A DNA stretch of 64,000 nt from an uncultured Marinoscillum sp. (lineage in GTDB: Bacteria > Bacteroidota > Bacteroidia > Cytophagales > MED-G16). Each line of letters opens with the position of its first letter. Position 1 is the stretch's first letter. Below the pieces are notes generated by a model. That model saw nothing but the letters and a program-made list of their open reading frames with translations, ran no database searches and was not told the DNA's origin. Location: assembly GCA_902626505.1 (NCBI GenBank), contig CACOFQ010000001.1:5471-69470 (forward strand). Reading direction: 5' to 3'. Below, one piece after another: positions 40,409 through 53,327 of this stretch. The position numbers and the translations under genes were made by a program.

Positions 40409-40945
40409 ATGAGAAAAGAGGATAAAATAGAATTAGTAAAAGATCTAACACAAAAGTTTAAGGAAAATAATATTTTTTATTTACTTGATGCTTCTGGATT
40501 ATCTGTTGCTGAAGTTAATTCATTTAGGGAAAGCTGCTTCAAAAAAGATGTTGAGTATAAAGTAATTAAAAATACATTCATTAAAAAAGCTTTAGAAAAT
40601 CAAGAAGAAGATTATTCTGAAATTATTAATGGAGACTCTTTAAAAGGATTTTCAGGTCTATTATTTGCTAATCAAAGTCCAAGTGGTCCTGCCAAGGTTC
40701 TCAAAGAATTTAGAAAGACGTTAGATTCTGATCATCCATCATTAAAGGTTGCTTCAATTGAATCAGATATATTTATTGGAGATAACCATCTAGATTCATT
40801 ATCAAAATTAAAAGGGAAAGAAGAAATTATTGGTGATATAATTTTATTATTACAGTCACCAGCAAAAAATATTATTTCATTACTTAAAAGTTCTGAAAAT
40901 AAAATTTCTGGTGTTGTAAAAGCATTGGAAAACAAACAAGAATAG
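40409..40945 (+). CDS. rplJ: 50S ribosomal protein L10
   Basis: 178 aa between rplA and rplL, with R......V.YKV.KNT motifs. Confidence 0.9.
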   Translation: MRKEDKIELVKDLTQKFKENNIFYLLDASGLSVAEVNSFRESCFKKDVEYKVIKNTFIKKALENQEEDYSEIINGDSLKGFSGLLFANQSPSGPAKVLKEFRKTLDSDHPSLKVASIESDIFIGDNHLDSLSKLKGKEEIIGDIILLLQSPAKNIISLLKSSENKISGVVKALENKQE

Positions 40946-40969
40946 TGTATAAACTTTAAATTAATTAAA

Positions 40970-41353
40970 ATGGCAGATATAAAGAAGATAGCTGAGGAAC
41001 TAGTTAACTTATCAGTTAAAGATGTTAGTGAATTAGCAAATATTTTAAAAGATGAATATGGTATTGAACCAGCAGCAGCGGCTACAGTCGTGGCAGCTGG
41101 AGGAGGAGCTGGAGGAGACTCAGCGGGTGATGCTGAAGAGAAAACAAGTTTCAACATTACGCTTAAATCAGCTGGTGCATCAAAATTAGCTGTAGTTAAG
41201 TTAGTAAAAGAAATTACAGGTTTAGGTTTAAAAGATGCAAAAGATATGGTGGATGGTGCTCCTAAAGCGATAAAAGAAGGTGTACCTAAAGAGGAGGCTG
41301 AGTCAGCTAAAAAGCAACTTGAAGAAGCTGGTGCTGAAGTAGAATTAAGCTAA
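40970..41353 (+). CDS. rplL: 50S ribosomal protein L7/L12
   Basis: Ala/Gly hinge, then [48 protein letters not shown]. Confidence 0.97.
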   Translation: MADIKKIAEELVNLSVKDVSELANILKDEYGIEPAAAATVVAAGGGAGGDSAGDAEEKTSFNITLKSAGASKLAVVKLVKEITGLGLKDAKDMVDGAPKAIKEGVPKEEAESAKKQLEEAGAEVELS

Positions 41354-41363
41354 TTTTTCATTT

Positions 41364-41393
41364 TCCACATTTAAAATATTGTGGATATTTTTT
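41364..41393 (+). terminator. Weak hairpin plus T-run (candidate rplL-rpoB attenuator)
   Basis: TCCACA (41364-41369) pairs with TGTGGA (41380-41385) with a 10-nt loop, followed by TATTTTTT. Confidence 0.35.
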
Positions 41394-41414
41394 AAACCTA
41401 TAAAATATAACCAA

Positions 41415-44400
41415 TTGAGTACATCATTAAATAGAATAGATTTTTCGAAATTAAAAAATGTAGTTGAATATCCTGATTTTCTTGATGTTCAATTACAATC
41501 ATATAAAGACTTTTTTCAGTTGGAAACACCTCCTGAAAAAAGAGATAATGAAGGCCTTTTCAAAGTTTTTAAAGAGAATTTTCCAATTTCTGATTCTCGT
41601 GAAAATTTTGTTTTAGAATTTATTGATTATACAGTAGATCCACCCAAATATTCAGTTGGGGAATGTATTGATAGAGGTCTTACATATTCACTACCACTTA
41701 AAGCAAAATTAAGACTCATTTGTAATGATGAGGATAATGATGACTTTGAAACAATCGAGCAAGAAGTATTTCTTGGAAACATTCCATATATGACAAACAA
41801 AGGTTCTTTTGTTATTAATGGAGCTGAGAGGGTAATAGTATCTCAACTACATAGATCTCCAGGAGTATTTTTTGCACAAAGTAAACACACAAATGGAACC
41901 CCACTTTATTCTGCCAGAATTATACCTTTTAGAGGTTCTTGGATTGAGTTTGCAACTGATGTAAATAATGTTATGTATGCATACATTGATAGGAAGAAAA
42001 AATTCCCTATTACAACTCTTTTAAGAGCTATTGGTTATGGTTCTGACAAGGATATATTAGATATATTTAAATTATCTGAAGAATTTGAAGCTACTAAGAC
42101 TAATTTGAAAAAAGCCTTAGGTAGAAAATTAGCTGCTAGAGTTCTTAAAACATGGGTTGAAGATTTTGTTGATGAAGATACGGGTGAAGTTATATCTGTT
42201 GATAGAAATGAATTAATATTAGACAGAGATCACATTTTAGTTGAAGAAGATATTGATGTTATTATTGAATCTGAGGCTCCATTTGTAACGGTTCACAGAG
42301 AAGATATAAATGTTGGTGAATTTACAATAATCTATAATACTTTGAAGAAAGATGTTTCTAATTCTGAAAAAGAAGCATTAGAAGAAATTTATAGACAACT
42401 TAGAAATACTGAGGCTCCTGATGAACAAACCGCAAGAGATATTATTCAAAATCTTTTTTTTAGTGATAAAAGATATGATTTAGGAGAAGTTGGTAGATAT
42501 AGAATTAACAGAAAGTTAAATATAAACACCGATTATAATGTTAGAGTTTTAACTAATGAAGACATCATATTAATAGTTAAATATCTTATTACATTGATCA
42601 ATGCAAAGACTGTTGTTGATGATATTGATCATTTGAGTAACAGAAGAGTTAGAACAGTTGGTGAACAGCTTTATTCTCAATTTGGGGTTGGATTAGCAAG
42701 AATGTCTAGAACTATTAGAGAGAGAATGAATGTTAGAGATAATGAAGATTTTAAGCCTGTTGATCTAATTAATGCTAGAACATTAACATCAGTAATTAAT
42801 TCATTCTTTGGAACTAATCAGCTATCTCAGTTTATGGATCAAACTAATCCATTAGCTGAAATTACTCATAAAAGAAGGATGTCAGCCTTAGGGCCAGGTG
42901 GATTATCTAGAGAAAGAGCTGGTTTTGAAGTTAGAGATGTACATTACACACATTATGGAAGACTATGTACAATTGAGACACCAGAAGGCCCTAATATAGG
43001 ACTTATTTCATCACTTTGTGTTCACGCCAAAGTTAATAATATGGGATTTATAGAGACTCCTTATAGACAAGTAAATGATGGTAAAGTTGATTTAAAAGGA
43101 AAGATAAGCTATTTAACTGCTGAAGAAGAAGATAATTCATACATAGCTCAGGCTAATGTTCCATTAAAAACTAGTGGAAAATTTGTAGAAAGTACAGTAA
43201 AGGCTAGATATGAAGGTGACTTCCCTCTTGCAAAGGATAAGGAATTAAAATATATGGATGTCGCACCTAACCAAATCGTTTCGGTTGCCGCATCTTTGAT
43301 TCCATTTCTTGAACATGATGATGCTAATAGAGCACTAATGGGTTCAAATATGATGAGACAAGCAGTACCTCTAATGAGACCAGAATCTCCTATTGTAGGA
43401 ACAGGAATGGAGTATAGAGTAGCTAAAGATTCAAGATCAACAATTGTTGCTGAAGGAAAAGGAACTGTGATTTATGTTGATGCAAATAAAATTGAAATAA
43501 AATATGATTTAGATAAAAATGAAAAATTAGTTTCATTTGATGAAGAATCTAAAACTTATGATTTAATTAAATTTAGAAGGACTAATCAAGATACTTGTAT
43601 TAATTTAACTCCTACTGTTAAAGTTGGGGAGAAAGTAAATAAAGGTCAAGTTATATGTGAGGGTTTTGCAACTCAAGATGGTGAGCTTGCTTTGGGAAGA
43701 AATTTAAAAGTAGCTTTTATGCCATGGATGGGTTATAATTTTGAGGATGCTATTGTTATTTCTGAAAAAGTTGTAAAAGAAGATGTTTTTACTTCTCTTC
43801 ATATTGAAGAATTTAAATTAGAAGTTAGAGATACAAAAAGAGGTGAGGAGGAATTCACTAATGAAATACCTAATGTTAGTGATGAAGCAATTAAAAATCT
43901 AGATGAAAATGGGTTAATTAGAGTTGGTGCTAAAGTTAAAGAGGGGGATATTTTAATTGGAAAAATTACTCCTAAAGGTGAAAGTGATCCCACTCCTGAA
44001 GAAAGATTATTACGTGCTATATTTGGAGATAAAGCTGGGGATGTAAAGGATGCATCTTTGAAAGCTCCACCTTCTTTAAATGGAGTTGTTGTAGACACAA
44101 AACTTTTTACTAGACAGAAAAAAGATAAAGACTCTAAAAAGCTCGCTAAACAACAGACTGAGCTATTAAAATCAGATTATAGTAAATCATTGGTTGAACT
44201 TAAAGGTAGGCTTATTGATAAATTTGAGAAACTTCTTAAAAATAAAAAGTGTAATGGAGTAAATCATAAATATGGTGATGAGCTTATTAAGGGAGGTGTG
44301 AAATTTACTAGAAAATTAATTGAAGATAAATTATTTCCTAAGAAAAATATTTATTATGACTTAAATAGTTTAAATGTACCTGAAGAATCTAGCTTAATAC

Positions 44401-45281
44401 AAGATGTTGTTTTAGAGGATTGGACTGATGATAAAAAAATTAATATTTCAGTTTCACAAGCAGTTAAGAATTATGTTATTAAAAGAAACGATTTAGCTTC
44501 AAGCTTTAAAAAAGAAAAATTTTCACTTGAAGTTGGTGATGAACTAGCTCCTGGTATTGTTCAAATGGCAAAAGTCTATGTTGCTAAGAAGAGAAAACTA
44601 AAAGTTGGTGATAAAATGGCCGGAAGGCATGGAAATAAGGGTGTAGTAGCAAGAATTGTTAAAGAGGAAGATATGCCTTTTCTAGAGGATGGCTCTACAG
44701 TTGATATTGTTTTAAACCCCCTTGGTGTTCCATCTCGAATGAATATTGGTCAGCTGTACGAGACTGCATTGGGCTGGGCCGGACTTAAGCTTAATAAGAA
44801 ATATAGAACTCCAATATTTGATGGAGCTACAGCCGATGAAGTTAGTAAAGAATTAAACCTTGCTAAATTACCTTCTTTTGGAAGAACACATTTATTTGAC
44901 GGTTCAACTGGTAAAAGATTTGATCAGAAAGTGACAGTTGGTGTAATTTATATGCTTAAACTAGGACACTTAATTGATGATAAAATGCATTCAAGATCAA
45001 TTGGTCCTTATTCATTGATTACTCAGCAGCCACTAGGTGGTAAGGCTCAATTTGGTGGTCAAAGATTTGGAGAAATGGAAGTTTGGGCATTAGAGGCATT
45101 TGGAGCTTCTCATGTCCTTCAAGAAATTCTTACTATTAAATCCGATGATATAGTTGGAAGAGCAAAAGCTTATGAAGCAATAGTTAAGGGTGAAAACATG
45201 CAAACCCCTGGTATTCCTGAGTCTTTTAATGTTTTGATTCATGAACTAAGAGGTTTAGCTCTAGAAATAACAATGAAATAA
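41415..45281 (+). CDS. rpoB: DNA-directed RNA polymerase subunit beta
   Basis: Full-length RpoB motifs ([33 protein letters not shown] and GRHGNKGV). There is no ATG near the 5' end. I prefer the TTG at 41415 ([10 protein letters not shown]...), because the track start at TTG 41379 lies inside the attenuator hairpin. Confidence 0.9.
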   Translation: MSTSLNRIDFSKLKNVVEYPDFLDVQLQSYKDFFQLETPPEKRDNEGLFKVFKENFPISDSRENFVLEFIDYTVDPPKYSVGECIDRGLTYSLPLKAKLRLICNDEDNDDFETIEQEVFLGNIPYMTNKGSFVINGAERVIVSQLHRSPGVFFAQSKHTNGTPLYSARIIPFRGSWIEFATDVNNVMYAYIDRKKKFPITTLLRAIGYGSDKDILDIFKLSEEFEATKTNLKKALGRKLAARVLKTWVEDFVDEDTGEVISVDRNELILDRDHILVEEDIDVIIESEAPFVTVHREDINVGEFTIIYNTLKKDVSNSEKEALEEIYRQLRNTEAPDEQTARDIIQNLFFSDKRYDLGEVGRYRINRKLNINTDYNVRVLTNEDIILIVKYLITLINAKTVVDDIDHLSNRRVRTVGEQLYSQFGVGLARMSRTIRERMNVRDNEDFKPVDLINARTLTSVINSFFGTNQLSQFMDQTNPLAEITHKRRMSALGPGGLSRERAGFEVRDVHYTHYGRLCTIETPEGPNIGLISSLCVHAKVNNMGFIETPYRQVNDGKVDLKGKISYLTAEEEDNSYIAQANVPLKTSGKFVESTVKARYEGDFPLAKDKELKYMDVAPNQIVSVAASLIPFLEHDDANRALMGSNMMRQAVPLMRPESPIVGTGMEYRVAKDSRSTIVAEGKGTVIYVDANKIEIKYDLDKNEKLVSFDEESKTYDLIKFRRTNQDTCINLTPTVKVGEKVNKGQVICEGFATQDGELALGRNLKVAFMPWMGYNFEDAIVISEKVVKEDVFTSLHIEEFKLEVRDTKRGEEEFTNEIPNVSDEAIKNLDENGLIRVGAKVKEGDILIGKITPKGESDPTPEERLLRAIFGDKAGDVKDASLKAPPSLNGVVVDTKLFTRQKKDKDSKKLAKQQTELLKSDYSKSLVELKGRLIDKFEKLLKNKKCNGVNHKYGDELIKGGVKFTRKLIEDKLFPKKNIYYDLNSLNVPEESSLIQDVVLEDWTDDKKINISVSQAVKNYVIKRNDLASSFKKEKFSLEVGDELAPGIVQMAKVYVAKKRKLKVGDKMAGRHGNKGVVARIVKEEDMPFLEDGSTVDIVLNPLGVPSRMNIGQLYETALGWAGLKLNKKYRTPIFDGATADEVSKELNLAKLPSFGRTHLFDGSTGKRFDQKVTVGVIYMLKLGHLIDDKMHSRSIGPYSLITQQPLGGKAQFGGQRFGEMEVWALEAFGASHVLQEILTIKSDDIVGRAKAYEAIVKGENMQTPGIPESFNVLIHELRGLALEITMK

Positions 45282-45299
45282 TTTTATAATATACAATAT

Positions 45300-48200
45300 A
45301 TGATATCTAACAAAACAAATAAATCAAGTGACTTTTCTAAAATTATTGTAAGTTTAGCTTCTCCAGAATCTATTCTTGAAAAATCTTTTGGTGAAGTTAC
45401 TGCTCCTGAAACAATTAATTACAGAACATTTAAACCTGAAATGGGGGGTCTTTTCTGTGAAAGAACTTTTGGTCCGGTTAAGGATTGGGAGTGTCATTGT
45501 GGAAAATATAAAAGGATTAGGTATAAGGGTATAATTTGTGATAGATGTGGTGTTGAGGTAACAGAAAAAAAGGTAAGAAGGGAGAGAATGGGACATATAG
45601 AATTAGTCGTTCCTGTTGCTCACATTTGGTATTTTAGAACATTACCTAATAAAATTGGATATATGTTAGGTATTCCTGCTAAGAAGCTTAACCAAATAGT
45701 ATATTATGAAAGATATGTAGTTATAAATCCTGGTGTTAAAGAAGAAGATGGTTGTCAAAAAATGGATTTATTGACAGAGGAAGAATATTTAAATATAGTT
45801 GATTCCTTACCAAAAGATAATTATCTACTTCCAAATGATGATCCAAATAAATTTATTGCTAAGATGGGGGCTGAGGCAATAAGTGAGCTTCTATCTCAAA
45901 TAGATTTAGATTCATTATCTGTTGATCTAAGATATAAGGCTGCTAATGAAACATCACAGCAAAGAAAGGCAGAAGCTTTAAAAAGATTAAGAGTAATTGA
46001 ATCATTTAGAGATTCTAGAGAAAATATTGAAAATAGACCTGAATGGATGGTAGTAAAAATGATACCTGTCATTCCTCCAGAACTTAGGCCATTAGTTCCA
46101 CTTGATGGAGGAAGATTTGCTACTTCAGATCTCAATGATTTATATAGAAGAGTAATTATTAGAAATAATAGATTAAAGAGATTACTAGAGATCAGAGCTC
46201 CGGAAGTTATCCTTAGAAATGAGAAAAGGATGCTTCAGGAATCAGTTGATTCACTTTTTGATAATTCAAGAAGGATTAATGCTGTAAGATCCGATGGTAA
46301 TAGATCCTTGAAATCTCTAACTGATATGTTAAAAGGTAAACAAGGAAGATTTAGACAAAATTTACTTGGAAAGAGAGTTGATTATTCTGGTAGATCTGTA
46401 ATAGTTGTTGGCCCTAAATTAAAGATGCATGAATGTGGTCTCCCAAAAGATATGGCTGCTGAGCTTTTCAAACCTTTTATTATTAGAAAACTTATTGAAA
46501 GGGGAATTGTTAAAACAGTAAAATCAGCAAAAAAACTTGTTGATAAGAAAGAACCAGTGATTTGGGACATATTAGAAAATGTTTTGGTTGGTCATCCAGT
46601 ATTATTAAACAGAGCACCAACTCTCCATAGACTTGGAATTCAAGCTTTTCAACCTAAACTAATTGAAGGAAAGGCAATTGAATTACATCCTCTATCATGT
46701 ACAGCATTTAATGCTGATTTTGATGGAGACCAGATGGCTGTTCATGTTCCTTTAGGCCATGAAGCTATTGTTGAAGCCTCATTATTAATGTTAGGTTCTA
46801 ATAATATATTAAATCCTGCCAATGGTGCTCCAATAACAGTACCATCTCAGGATATGGTACTTGGTCTTTATTACGTTTCTAAAGGCAGAAAATCGACAAA
46901 AGAACATCCTTTAAAAGGTGAAGGTTTAATATTTTCATCTCAAAGAGAAGTTGTTATTGCATTAAATGAAGAAAAACTTGACAAGAATTCTTTAATTAAA
47001 CTCAGAACTAATGTTAGAACCTCTGAGGGAATACTTGAAAATAAAGTTATAGATACTGTTGCTGGTAGAGTTTTATTTAATAATCTAATTCCAAAAGAAG
47101 TTGGATATATCGATGAACTTTTAACAAAGAAAAAATTACAACAAATTATTTCAATTGTATATAAAGTCTGTGGAATTGCAAGAACAGCAAATTTCCTTGA
47201 TGATATTAAAGAATTAGGTTTTAATATGGCATATGAGGGAGGATTATCTATGGGACTTGGTGATATTCAAATACCAGAAGCTAAAGAATCACTTGTAAAT
47301 TCTGCTAAAAAAGAGGTAAAGTCTGTATGGGATAATTATTATATGGGTTTGATTACAGATAATGAGAGATATAATCAAGTTATTGATATTTGGACAAGAG
47401 CAAATACAAGATTAACTACAACATTAATGAATCAACTTGAGGATAATGAACAAGGTTTCAATCCTATTTATATGATGATGGACTCAGGTGCAAGAGGTTC
47501 AAGGGAACAGATAAGACAATTAGGTGGGATGAGAGGATTAATGGCAAAACCTCAAAAAAACCTTTCAGGTTCAGTTGGAGAAATAATTGAAAATCCAATA
47601 CTTTCTAATTTTAAAGAGGGTCTTGATGTTATTGAGTATTTTATTTCAACTCATGGTGCTAGAAAAGGATTAGCAGATACTGCATTAAAAACTGCTGATG
47701 CTGGTTATCTGACAAGAAGATTAGTTGATGTTGCACAAGATGTGATTATTAACGAAGAAGATTGTGGAACTCTTAGAGGTGTAACAGTTAGTGCTCTCAA
47801 GGATAATGAAGATATTGTTGAACCATTATCAGAAAGAATATTAGGTAGAGTTACAGTTCATGATGTATATGATCCAATAACTAATGAATTAATTATAGAG
47901 TCTGGAGAAGAAATTAATGAGGAAATTGCAAATATAATTGATCAAACAAGTATTGAAGAGATTGAAATTAGATCAGTTCTAACATGCGAAACAACAAGAG
48001 GAGCTTGTGCAAAATGTTATGGTAGAAATCTTGCTAATGGTAAGATGGTTAATGTTGGGGAAGCTGTGGGTGTTATTGCCGCCCAATCAATTGGTGAGCC
48101 TGGCACTCAGTTAACATTAAGAACTTTTCACGTTGGCGGTACTGCATCAAATATTGCAATTGATGCAAATATTAAAGCAAAATTTGATGGAAAATTAGTT

Positions 48201-49634
48201 TTTGATGGTATTAGATCAGTTTCTTCGAAGGATAGTGAAGGAAATAAGGTTGAGGTTGTCATGGCTAGAAGTGGAGAAATAAGAATTATAGATGGAAAAA
48301 GTACCACTCTTATATCTAATAATGTTCCTTATGGATCTTATCTACAAGTTAAAGATGGTCAGAAAGTTTCCAAAGGTGATATTTTATGTAATTGGGATCC
48401 TTATAATGCAGTAATTTTATCTGAATTAAAAGGTAATATTGATTTTGAGTCAATAGAGGAAGGTATAACATTTAAAGAGGAATTTGATGAACAAACTGGT
48501 CATAAAGAGAAGGTAATTGTAGAGTGTAGAGATAAAACAAAAAATCCTGCGATTATTGTTAAATCAAAAGATGGTGATAAGTCTTACAACATTCCTGTGG
48601 GGGCTCATTTATCTGTAGAAAAAGGAGATTCTGTAAAACCGGGAACAATACTTTCAAAGATACCTCGTATGATAGGACAATCTAGAGATATTACTGGGGG
48701 TCTACCAAGGGTAACTGAGTTATTTGAGGCAAGAAATCCTTCCAATCCTGCCGTTGTAAGTGAGATTGATGGTGTAGTAACTTATGGTGGAATTAAAAGA
48801 GGTAATAGAGAAATTTTCATTGAATCTAAAGATGGAACAAAGAAAAAATATTTAGTTTCTTTATCTAAACACATTTTAGTTCAAGATAATGATTATGTTA
48901 AAGCAGGATCTCCGTTATCTGATGGAGCTATTACTCCAGCTGATATATTATCAATTAAGGGACCAACAAAAGTCCAGGATTATCTTGTTAATGAGATTCA
49001 AGAGGTTTATAGGCTTCAAGGTGTTAAGATTAATGATAAGCATATTGAAGTAATTGTAAGACAAATGATGCAAAAAGTTATCATTGTAGATCCTGGAGAC
49101 ACTAATTTCTTACAAGATGAGAAAGTTGATAAACTCGTTTTCAAAAATATTAATGACTCTATTTTTGAGAAAAAGGTTATTATAAATTCAGGTGATTCAG
49201 ATAAATTTAAGGATGGACAAATCATTACTTCTAGGGAATTGCGCGATGAGAATTCTGCTTTAAGAAGAAAAGATAAAACAATTATTGAAGTTAGAAATGC
49301 TGATGCTGCTGTATCTAGACCTTCTTTACAAGGTATAACTAGAGCATCATTAGGTACTGAAAGTTTCATTTCTGCTGCTTCATTCCAAGAAACAACAAAA
49401 GTTCTAAGTGAGGCTTCAATTAGAGGTAAAGTTGATGATTTAAGAGGTCTTAAAGAAAATGTTATTGTTGGACATTTGATTCCAGCTGGAACAGGATTAA
49501 GAGAATACGGTGAAATGATTGTTGGTTCTGAGAAAGAATATGATGAATTAATGATGAAATCAGATGATGTTATTTTAGATGATACACCAGTAAATGAAGA
49601 TATTCTAGAAGAGAAAAATCAAGAACAAAAATGA
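45300..49634 (+). CDS. rpoC: DNA-directed RNA polymerase subunit beta'
   Basis: Zinc-binding CHCGKY...CDRCGVEV, catalytic [12 protein letters not shown], across 1444 aa. Confidence 0.98.
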   Translation: MISNKTNKSSDFSKIIVSLASPESILEKSFGEVTAPETINYRTFKPEMGGLFCERTFGPVKDWECHCGKYKRIRYKGIICDRCGVEVTEKKVRRERMGHIELVVPVAHIWYFRTLPNKIGYMLGIPAKKLNQIVYYERYVVINPGVKEEDGCQKMDLLTEEEYLNIVDSLPKDNYLLPNDDPNKFIAKMGAEAISELLSQIDLDSLSVDLRYKAANETSQQRKAEALKRLRVIESFRDSRENIENRPEWMVVKMIPVIPPELRPLVPLDGGRFATSDLNDLYRRVIIRNNRLKRLLEIRAPEVILRNEKRMLQESVDSLFDNSRRINAVRSDGNRSLKSLTDMLKGKQGRFRQNLLGKRVDYSGRSVIVVGPKLKMHECGLPKDMAAELFKPFIIRKLIERGIVKTVKSAKKLVDKKEPVIWDILENVLVGHPVLLNRAPTLHRLGIQAFQPKLIEGKAIELHPLSCTAFNADFDGDQMAVHVPLGHEAIVEASLLMLGSNNILNPANGAPITVPSQDMVLGLYYVSKGRKSTKEHPLKGEGLIFSSQREVVIALNEEKLDKNSLIKLRTNVRTSEGILENKVIDTVAGRVLFNNLIPKEVGYIDELLTKKKLQQIISIVYKVCGIARTANFLDDIKELGFNMAYEGGLSMGLGDIQIPEAKESLVNSAKKEVKSVWDNYYMGLITDNERYNQVIDIWTRANTRLTTTLMNQLEDNEQGFNPIYMMMDSGARGSREQIRQLGGMRGLMAKPQKNLSGSVGEIIENPILSNFKEGLDVIEYFISTHGARKGLADTALKTADAGYLTRRLVDVAQDVIINEEDCGTLRGVTVSALKDNEDIVEPLSERILGRVTVHDVYDPITNELIIESGEEINEEIANIIDQTSIEEIEIRSVLTCETTRGACAKCYGRNLANGKMVNVGEAVGVIAAQSIGEPGTQLTLRTFHVGGTASNIAIDANIKAKFDGKLVFDGIRSVSSKDSEGNKVEVVMARSGEIRIIDGKSTTLISNNVPYGSYLQVKDGQKVSKGDILCNWDPYNAVILSELKGNIDFESIEEGITFKEEFDEQTGHKEKVIVECRDKTKNPAIIVKSKDGDKSYNIPVGAHLSVEKGDSVKPGTILSKIPRMIGQSRDITGGLPRVTELFEARNPSNPAVVSEIDGVVTYGGIKRGNREIFIESKDGTKKKYLVSLSKHILVQDNDYVKAGSPLSDGAITPADILSIKGPTKVQDYLVNEIQEVYRLQGVKINDKHIEVIVRQMMQKVIIVDPGDTNFLQDEKVDKLVFKNINDSIFEKKVIINSGDSDKFKDGQIITSRELRDENSALRRKDKTIIEVRNADAAVSRPSLQGITRASLGTESFISAASFQETTKVLSEASIRGKVDDLRGLKENVIVGHLIPAGTGLREYGEMIVGSEKEYDELMMKSDDVILDDTPVNEDILEEKNQEQK

Positions 49635-49936
49635 GTCAAAAACAAAATCAAATAAATATTGAATTATCTGATGAAGTATCTAAAGGTAAATATGCAAACC
49701 TTGCAATGATAGCTCATTCTAGTAGTGAATTTGTAATTGATTTCATACAACTTATGCCTGGAGTTCCTAAGGCAAAAGTAAACTCAAGAATTATAATTAC
49801 TCCTGAGCATGCTAAGAAGTTCTCCATAGCTCTAAGTGATAATATATCAAAGTATGAAAAAAAATATGATAAAATCAAAGACTTTAATGAGCTCCCAAAA
49901 TTTCCATTAGATATTAATAATGATTCTAACAAATAA
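49631..49936 (+). CDS. DUF3467-family protein (unknown function), coupled to rpoC
   Basis: 101 aa. [18 protein letters not shown]....PG...[15 protein letters not shown] resembles the small protein conserved after rpoC in Bacteroidota. Its start overlaps the rpoC stop (ATGA). Confidence 0.75.
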   Translation: MSQKQNQINIELSDEVSKGKYANLAMIAHSSSEFVIDFIQLMPGVPKAKVNSRIIITPEHAKKFSIALSDNISKYEKKYDKIKDFNELPKFPLDINNDSNK

Positions 49937-49965
49937 ATTTAGAATGTTATAAAGGTCTAAAAAAT

Positions 49966-49996
49966 TTTGTTAAAGACGTATGAATTTCTATTTTTG
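49966..49996 (+). promoter_or_regulatory. Bacteroidota sigma-A type promoter for rpsL-rpsG-fusA-rpsJ
   Basis: TTTG (49966-49969), 19-nt spacer, TATTTTTG (49989-49996). It lies 20 nt upstream of the rpsL ATG. Confidence 0.6.
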
Positions 49997-50016
49997 CGTC
50001 GCATTAAAATAATATT

Positions 50017-50397
50017 ATGCCAACGATACAACAATTAGTAAGAAAAGGAAGAAAAAAACTTAAGTCAAAGTCTAAATCACCTGCTTTGGATTCCTGTCCT
50101 CAAAAAAGGGGTGTCTGCACAAGAGTTTACACTACAACTCCTAAAAAGCCAAATTCAGCTATGAGAAAAGTTGCAAGAGTTAGATTATCTCATGGTAAAG
50201 AGGTAAATGCATATATTCCTGGTGAAGGGCATAATTTACAGGAACACTCTATAGTTTTGATCCGTGGTGGTAGGGTAAAGGACTTACCCGGAGTAAGGTA
50301 TCACGTCATTAGAGGTACACTTGATACGGGAGGTGTTGATGATAGAACCCAAAGGAGATCAAAATATGGTGCTAAAAGGCCAAAGGTTAAAAAATAA
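50017..50397 (+). CDS. rpsL: 30S ribosomal protein S12
   Basis: [12 protein letters not shown]...[16 protein letters not shown]...[13 protein letters not shown]. Confidence 0.98.
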   Translation: MPTIQQLVRKGRKKLKSKSKSPALDSCPQKRGVCTRVYTTTPKKPNSAMRKVARVRLSHGKEVNAYIPGEGHNLQEHSIVLIRGGRVKDLPGVRYHVIRGTLDTGGVDDRTQRRSKYGAKRPKVKK

Positions 50398-50400
50398 TAA

Positions 50401-50868
50401 ATGAGAAAATCAAAACCTAAAAAAAGATATTTCTTGCCAGATCCAATTTTCAAGGATACACTTGTGACTCAATTTGTTAATAATCTAATGCATGATGGTA
50501 AAAAGAGTATATCTTATTCTATCTTTTATGATTCTCTTAAAATTGTTGAAGAGAAAACTAAAGAAAAGGGGTTAGATGTATGGAAAAAAGCATTAAATAA
50601 CGTTATGCCTTCTGTTGAGGTTAAAAGTAGAAGAATTGGTGGTGCTAATTTTCAAGTTCCAATAGAAGTTAGGCCTTCAAGAAAAATTACTTTAAGTCAA
50701 AAATGGTTAATTCAGTTTGCAAGAAATAGAAATGAAAAATCAATGGTTGACAGACTTGCAAATGAAATTATTGCTGCATCAAAAGGTGAAGGCGGTGCTG
50801 TAAAAAAGAAGGATGACACTCACAGAATGGCAGAAGCTAACAAAGCATTTTCACATTTTAGATTTTAA
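50401..50868 (+). CDS. rpsG: 30S ribosomal protein S7
   Basis: DGKKS....I.Y........[18 protein letters not shown] motifs. Confidence 0.97.
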   Translation: MRKSKPKKRYFLPDPIFKDTLVTQFVNNLMHDGKKSISYSIFYDSLKIVEEKTKEKGLDVWKKALNNVMPSVEVKSRRIGGANFQVPIEVRPSRKITLSQKWLIQFARNRNEKSMVDRLANEIIAASKGEGGAVKKKDDTHRMAEANKAFSHFRF

Positions 50869-50878
50869 TTAATAAGTA

Positions 50879-53017
50879 ATGGCAGAAATAAAAGACTTAA
50901 GCTTTCTAAGAAATATAGGTATCATGGCTCATATTGATGCTGGAAAAACAACAACTACAGAAAGAATTTTATATTATACTGGTTTAAGTCATAAAATTGG
51001 TGAAGTTCATGATGGAGCTGCTACTATGGATTGGATGGAACAGGAGCAGGAAAGAGGTATTACAATTACTTCAGCTGCTACAACTACATTTTGGAAATAT
51101 CCTACTCAGCAAGGTAAAATAGTTGATACCACTAACGATTATAGGGTAAATATTATAGATACTCCTGGTCACGTAGACTTTACAGTAGAGGTTGAAAGAT
51201 CATTAAGAGTATTAGATGGTGCAGTTGCATTATTTTGTGCAGTGTCAGGTGTTGAACCGCAATCAGAAACAGTATGGAGACAAGCAGATAAATATAAAGT
51301 TCCTAGAATTTGTTTTGTGAATAAAATGGATAGAGCTGGTGCGGATTTTCTTAATGTCGTAAATGAAATTAAGGATAAACTAAATGCAAAACCAGTACCT
51401 CTACAAATTCCTATTGGTGCCGAAGAAAACTTTAAGGGTGTTGTTGATCTTATAACTAAAGAAGCAATAGTTTGGAATGAAACTGATATGGGTATGACTT
51501 ATGAAGTTGTAGATATTCCAGATAATTTGAAAGATACTGTAGATGAGTGGAGACAAAATCTTGTTGAGAATGTAGCTGAGTATGATGATAATCTACTTGA
51601 AAAGTTTTTTGAAGATCCAGATTCAATTACAAAAGAGGAAATGATGAGTGCAATTCGTAAAGCTGTAATTGATATGTCTTTTTCTCCAGTTATGTGTGGT
51701 TCTGCATTTAAAAATAAAGGAGTTCAAGCACTTCTTGATGCTGTTTGTTCTTATTTACCATCACCATTAGATCTACCTCCAGTAAGTGGTACTAACCCAG
51801 ATAATGATGAGGAAGTAACTAGAAAACCTAATAACGAAGAGCCTTTTGCCGCTCTTGCTTTCAAGATAGCAACTGACCCCTTTGTTGGAAGATTATGTTT
51901 CTTTAGAGTATATTCAGGTACTTTAGATGCTGGATCTTATATCTTTAATAACAGAAATGGTAAAAAAGAGAGGATATCAAGATTAATGCAAATGCATTCA
52001 AATAAACAGAATCCAATCGATAAAGTAGTTGCTGGAGATATTTGTGCTGGTGTTGGATTTAAAGATATAAAAACTGGTGACACACTCTCGGATGAAAAAT
52101 CTAAGATAGTATTAGAATCAATGTCATTCCCTGATCCAGTTATTGGTTATGCTATAGAACCTAAACAGCAAGCTGATGTTGATAAACTTGGTATGGCTGT
52201 TAGTAAATTAATAGAGGAAGATCCAACTCTTAGAGTAAATACTGATGAGGAAACAGGCCAGACTGTCCTTAGAGGTATGGGGGAGCTTCATCTTGAAATT
52301 ATAATTGATAGATTAAAAAGAGAGTTCAAGGTAGAAATAAATCAGGGTGCACCTCAAGTTGCTTACAAAGAATCTATTCAGTCATCAACTACTCATCAAG
52401 AAGTTTATAAGAAACAGTCTGGAGGTAGAGGTAAGTTTGCAGATATAGTATTTGAAATTGGACCTAGAGATGAGGATGCAGAGGGAGATGGTCTTCAATT
52501 TGTAAATCAGATAGTTGGTGGTAAAATTCCTAGAGAATTCATTCCAGCTGTTGAAAAAGGCTTTAAAAATGCAATGGAAAATGGTCCTCTAGCTGGTTTT
52601 CCTGTAGAATCTATGAAAGTTAGATTATATGATGGTTCTTTCCATGATGTTGATTCTGATTCATTATCATTTGAATTAGCAGCTGGAATTGCATTTAAAG
52701 AAGCTGCTAAAAAAGCTAGTCCAGTATTAATGGAACCTATTATGTCTGTTGAGGTTACAACTCCAGATGAATTTACTGGTGGTGTTACTGGTGATTTAAA
52801 TAAGAGAAGAGGTATTATGAAAGGTATGGACATGAAAGGAAATTCTCAAATTATAAAAGCAGACGTTCCTTTATCTGAGTTATTTGGTTATGTTACTGAC
52901 CTCAGAACCTTAAGTTCAGGTAGAGCTTCAGCATCATTAACATTTTCACACTATACTGGTGTTCCAAAAAATATTGCTGAAGGAATTATTTCTAAAGCAA
53001 ATGGAGAATTAAATTAA
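50879..53017 (+). CDS. fusA: Elongation factor G
   Basis: [30 protein letters not shown] and NKMDR, across 712 aa. Confidence 0.98.
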   Translation: MAEIKDLSFLRNIGIMAHIDAGKTTTTERILYYTGLSHKIGEVHDGAATMDWMEQEQERGITITSAATTTFWKYPTQQGKIVDTTNDYRVNIIDTPGHVDFTVEVERSLRVLDGAVALFCAVSGVEPQSETVWRQADKYKVPRICFVNKMDRAGADFLNVVNEIKDKLNAKPVPLQIPIGAEENFKGVVDLITKEAIVWNETDMGMTYEVVDIPDNLKDTVDEWRQNLVENVAEYDDNLLEKFFEDPDSITKEEMMSAIRKAVIDMSFSPVMCGSAFKNKGVQALLDAVCSYLPSPLDLPPVSGTNPDNDEEVTRKPNNEEPFAALAFKIATDPFVGRLCFFRVYSGTLDAGSYIFNNRNGKKERISRLMQMHSNKQNPIDKVVAGDICAGVGFKDIKTGDTLSDEKSKIVLESMSFPDPVIGYAIEPKQQADVDKLGMAVSKLIEEDPTLRVNTDEETGQTVLRGMGELHLEIIIDRLKREFKVEINQGAPQVAYKESIQSSTTHQEVYKKQSGGRGKFADIVFEIGPRDEDAEGDGLQFVNQIVGGKIPREFIPAVEKGFKNAMENGPLAGFPVESMKVRLYDGSFHDVDSDSLSFELAAGIAFKEAAKKASPVLMEPIMSVEVTTPDEFTGGVTGDLNKRRGIMKGMDMKGNSQIIKADVPLSELFGYVTDLRTLSSGRASASLTFSHYTGVPKNIAEGIISKANGELN

Positions 53018-53021
53018 TAAA

Positions 53022-53327
53022 ATGGCTCAGAAAATAAGAATTAAGCTTAAATCCTTTGACTACAATTTAGTAGATAAAAGTTCTGATAAAATTGTCAAGG
53101 CAGTAAAGACTACCGGTGCAATAGTAAGTGGACCAATTCCTTTGCCTACTAGAAAAGAAATTTTTACTGTTTTAAGATCACCACATGTAAATAAGACTTC
53201 TAGAGAACAGTTCAAGTTGTGTACTTATAAAAGGTTATTAGATATATATTCTAATAGTAGTCAAACAGTTGATGCACTAATGAAACTTGAATTACCAAGT
53301 GGAGTTGATGTTGAAATAAAAGTATAA
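53022..53327 (+). CDS. rpsJ: 30S ribosomal protein S10
   Basis: IRIKLKSFD...GPIPLPT....[15 protein letters not shown]. Confidence 0.97.
   Translation: MAQKIRIKLKSFDYNLVDKSSDKIVKAVKTTGAIVSGPIPLPTRKEIFTVLRSPHVNKTSREQFKLCTYKRLLDIYSNSSQTVDALMKLELPSGVDVEIKV

Noticed and set aside
40732-41157. 141-aa minus-strand ORF with an Ala/Pro-rich stretch
   Set aside because: It is the antisense shadow of rplJ/rplL. The Ala/Pro run mirrors the Ala/Gly hinge codons of L7/L12, and both sense genes are unambiguous.
41379-41414. TTG at 41379 as the rpoB start ([12 protein letters not shown]...)
   Set aside because: The codon sits inside the rplL-rpoB hairpin/T-run, and the extension has no resemblance to RpoB N-termini. 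The TTG at 41415 is preferred, though this is not proven.
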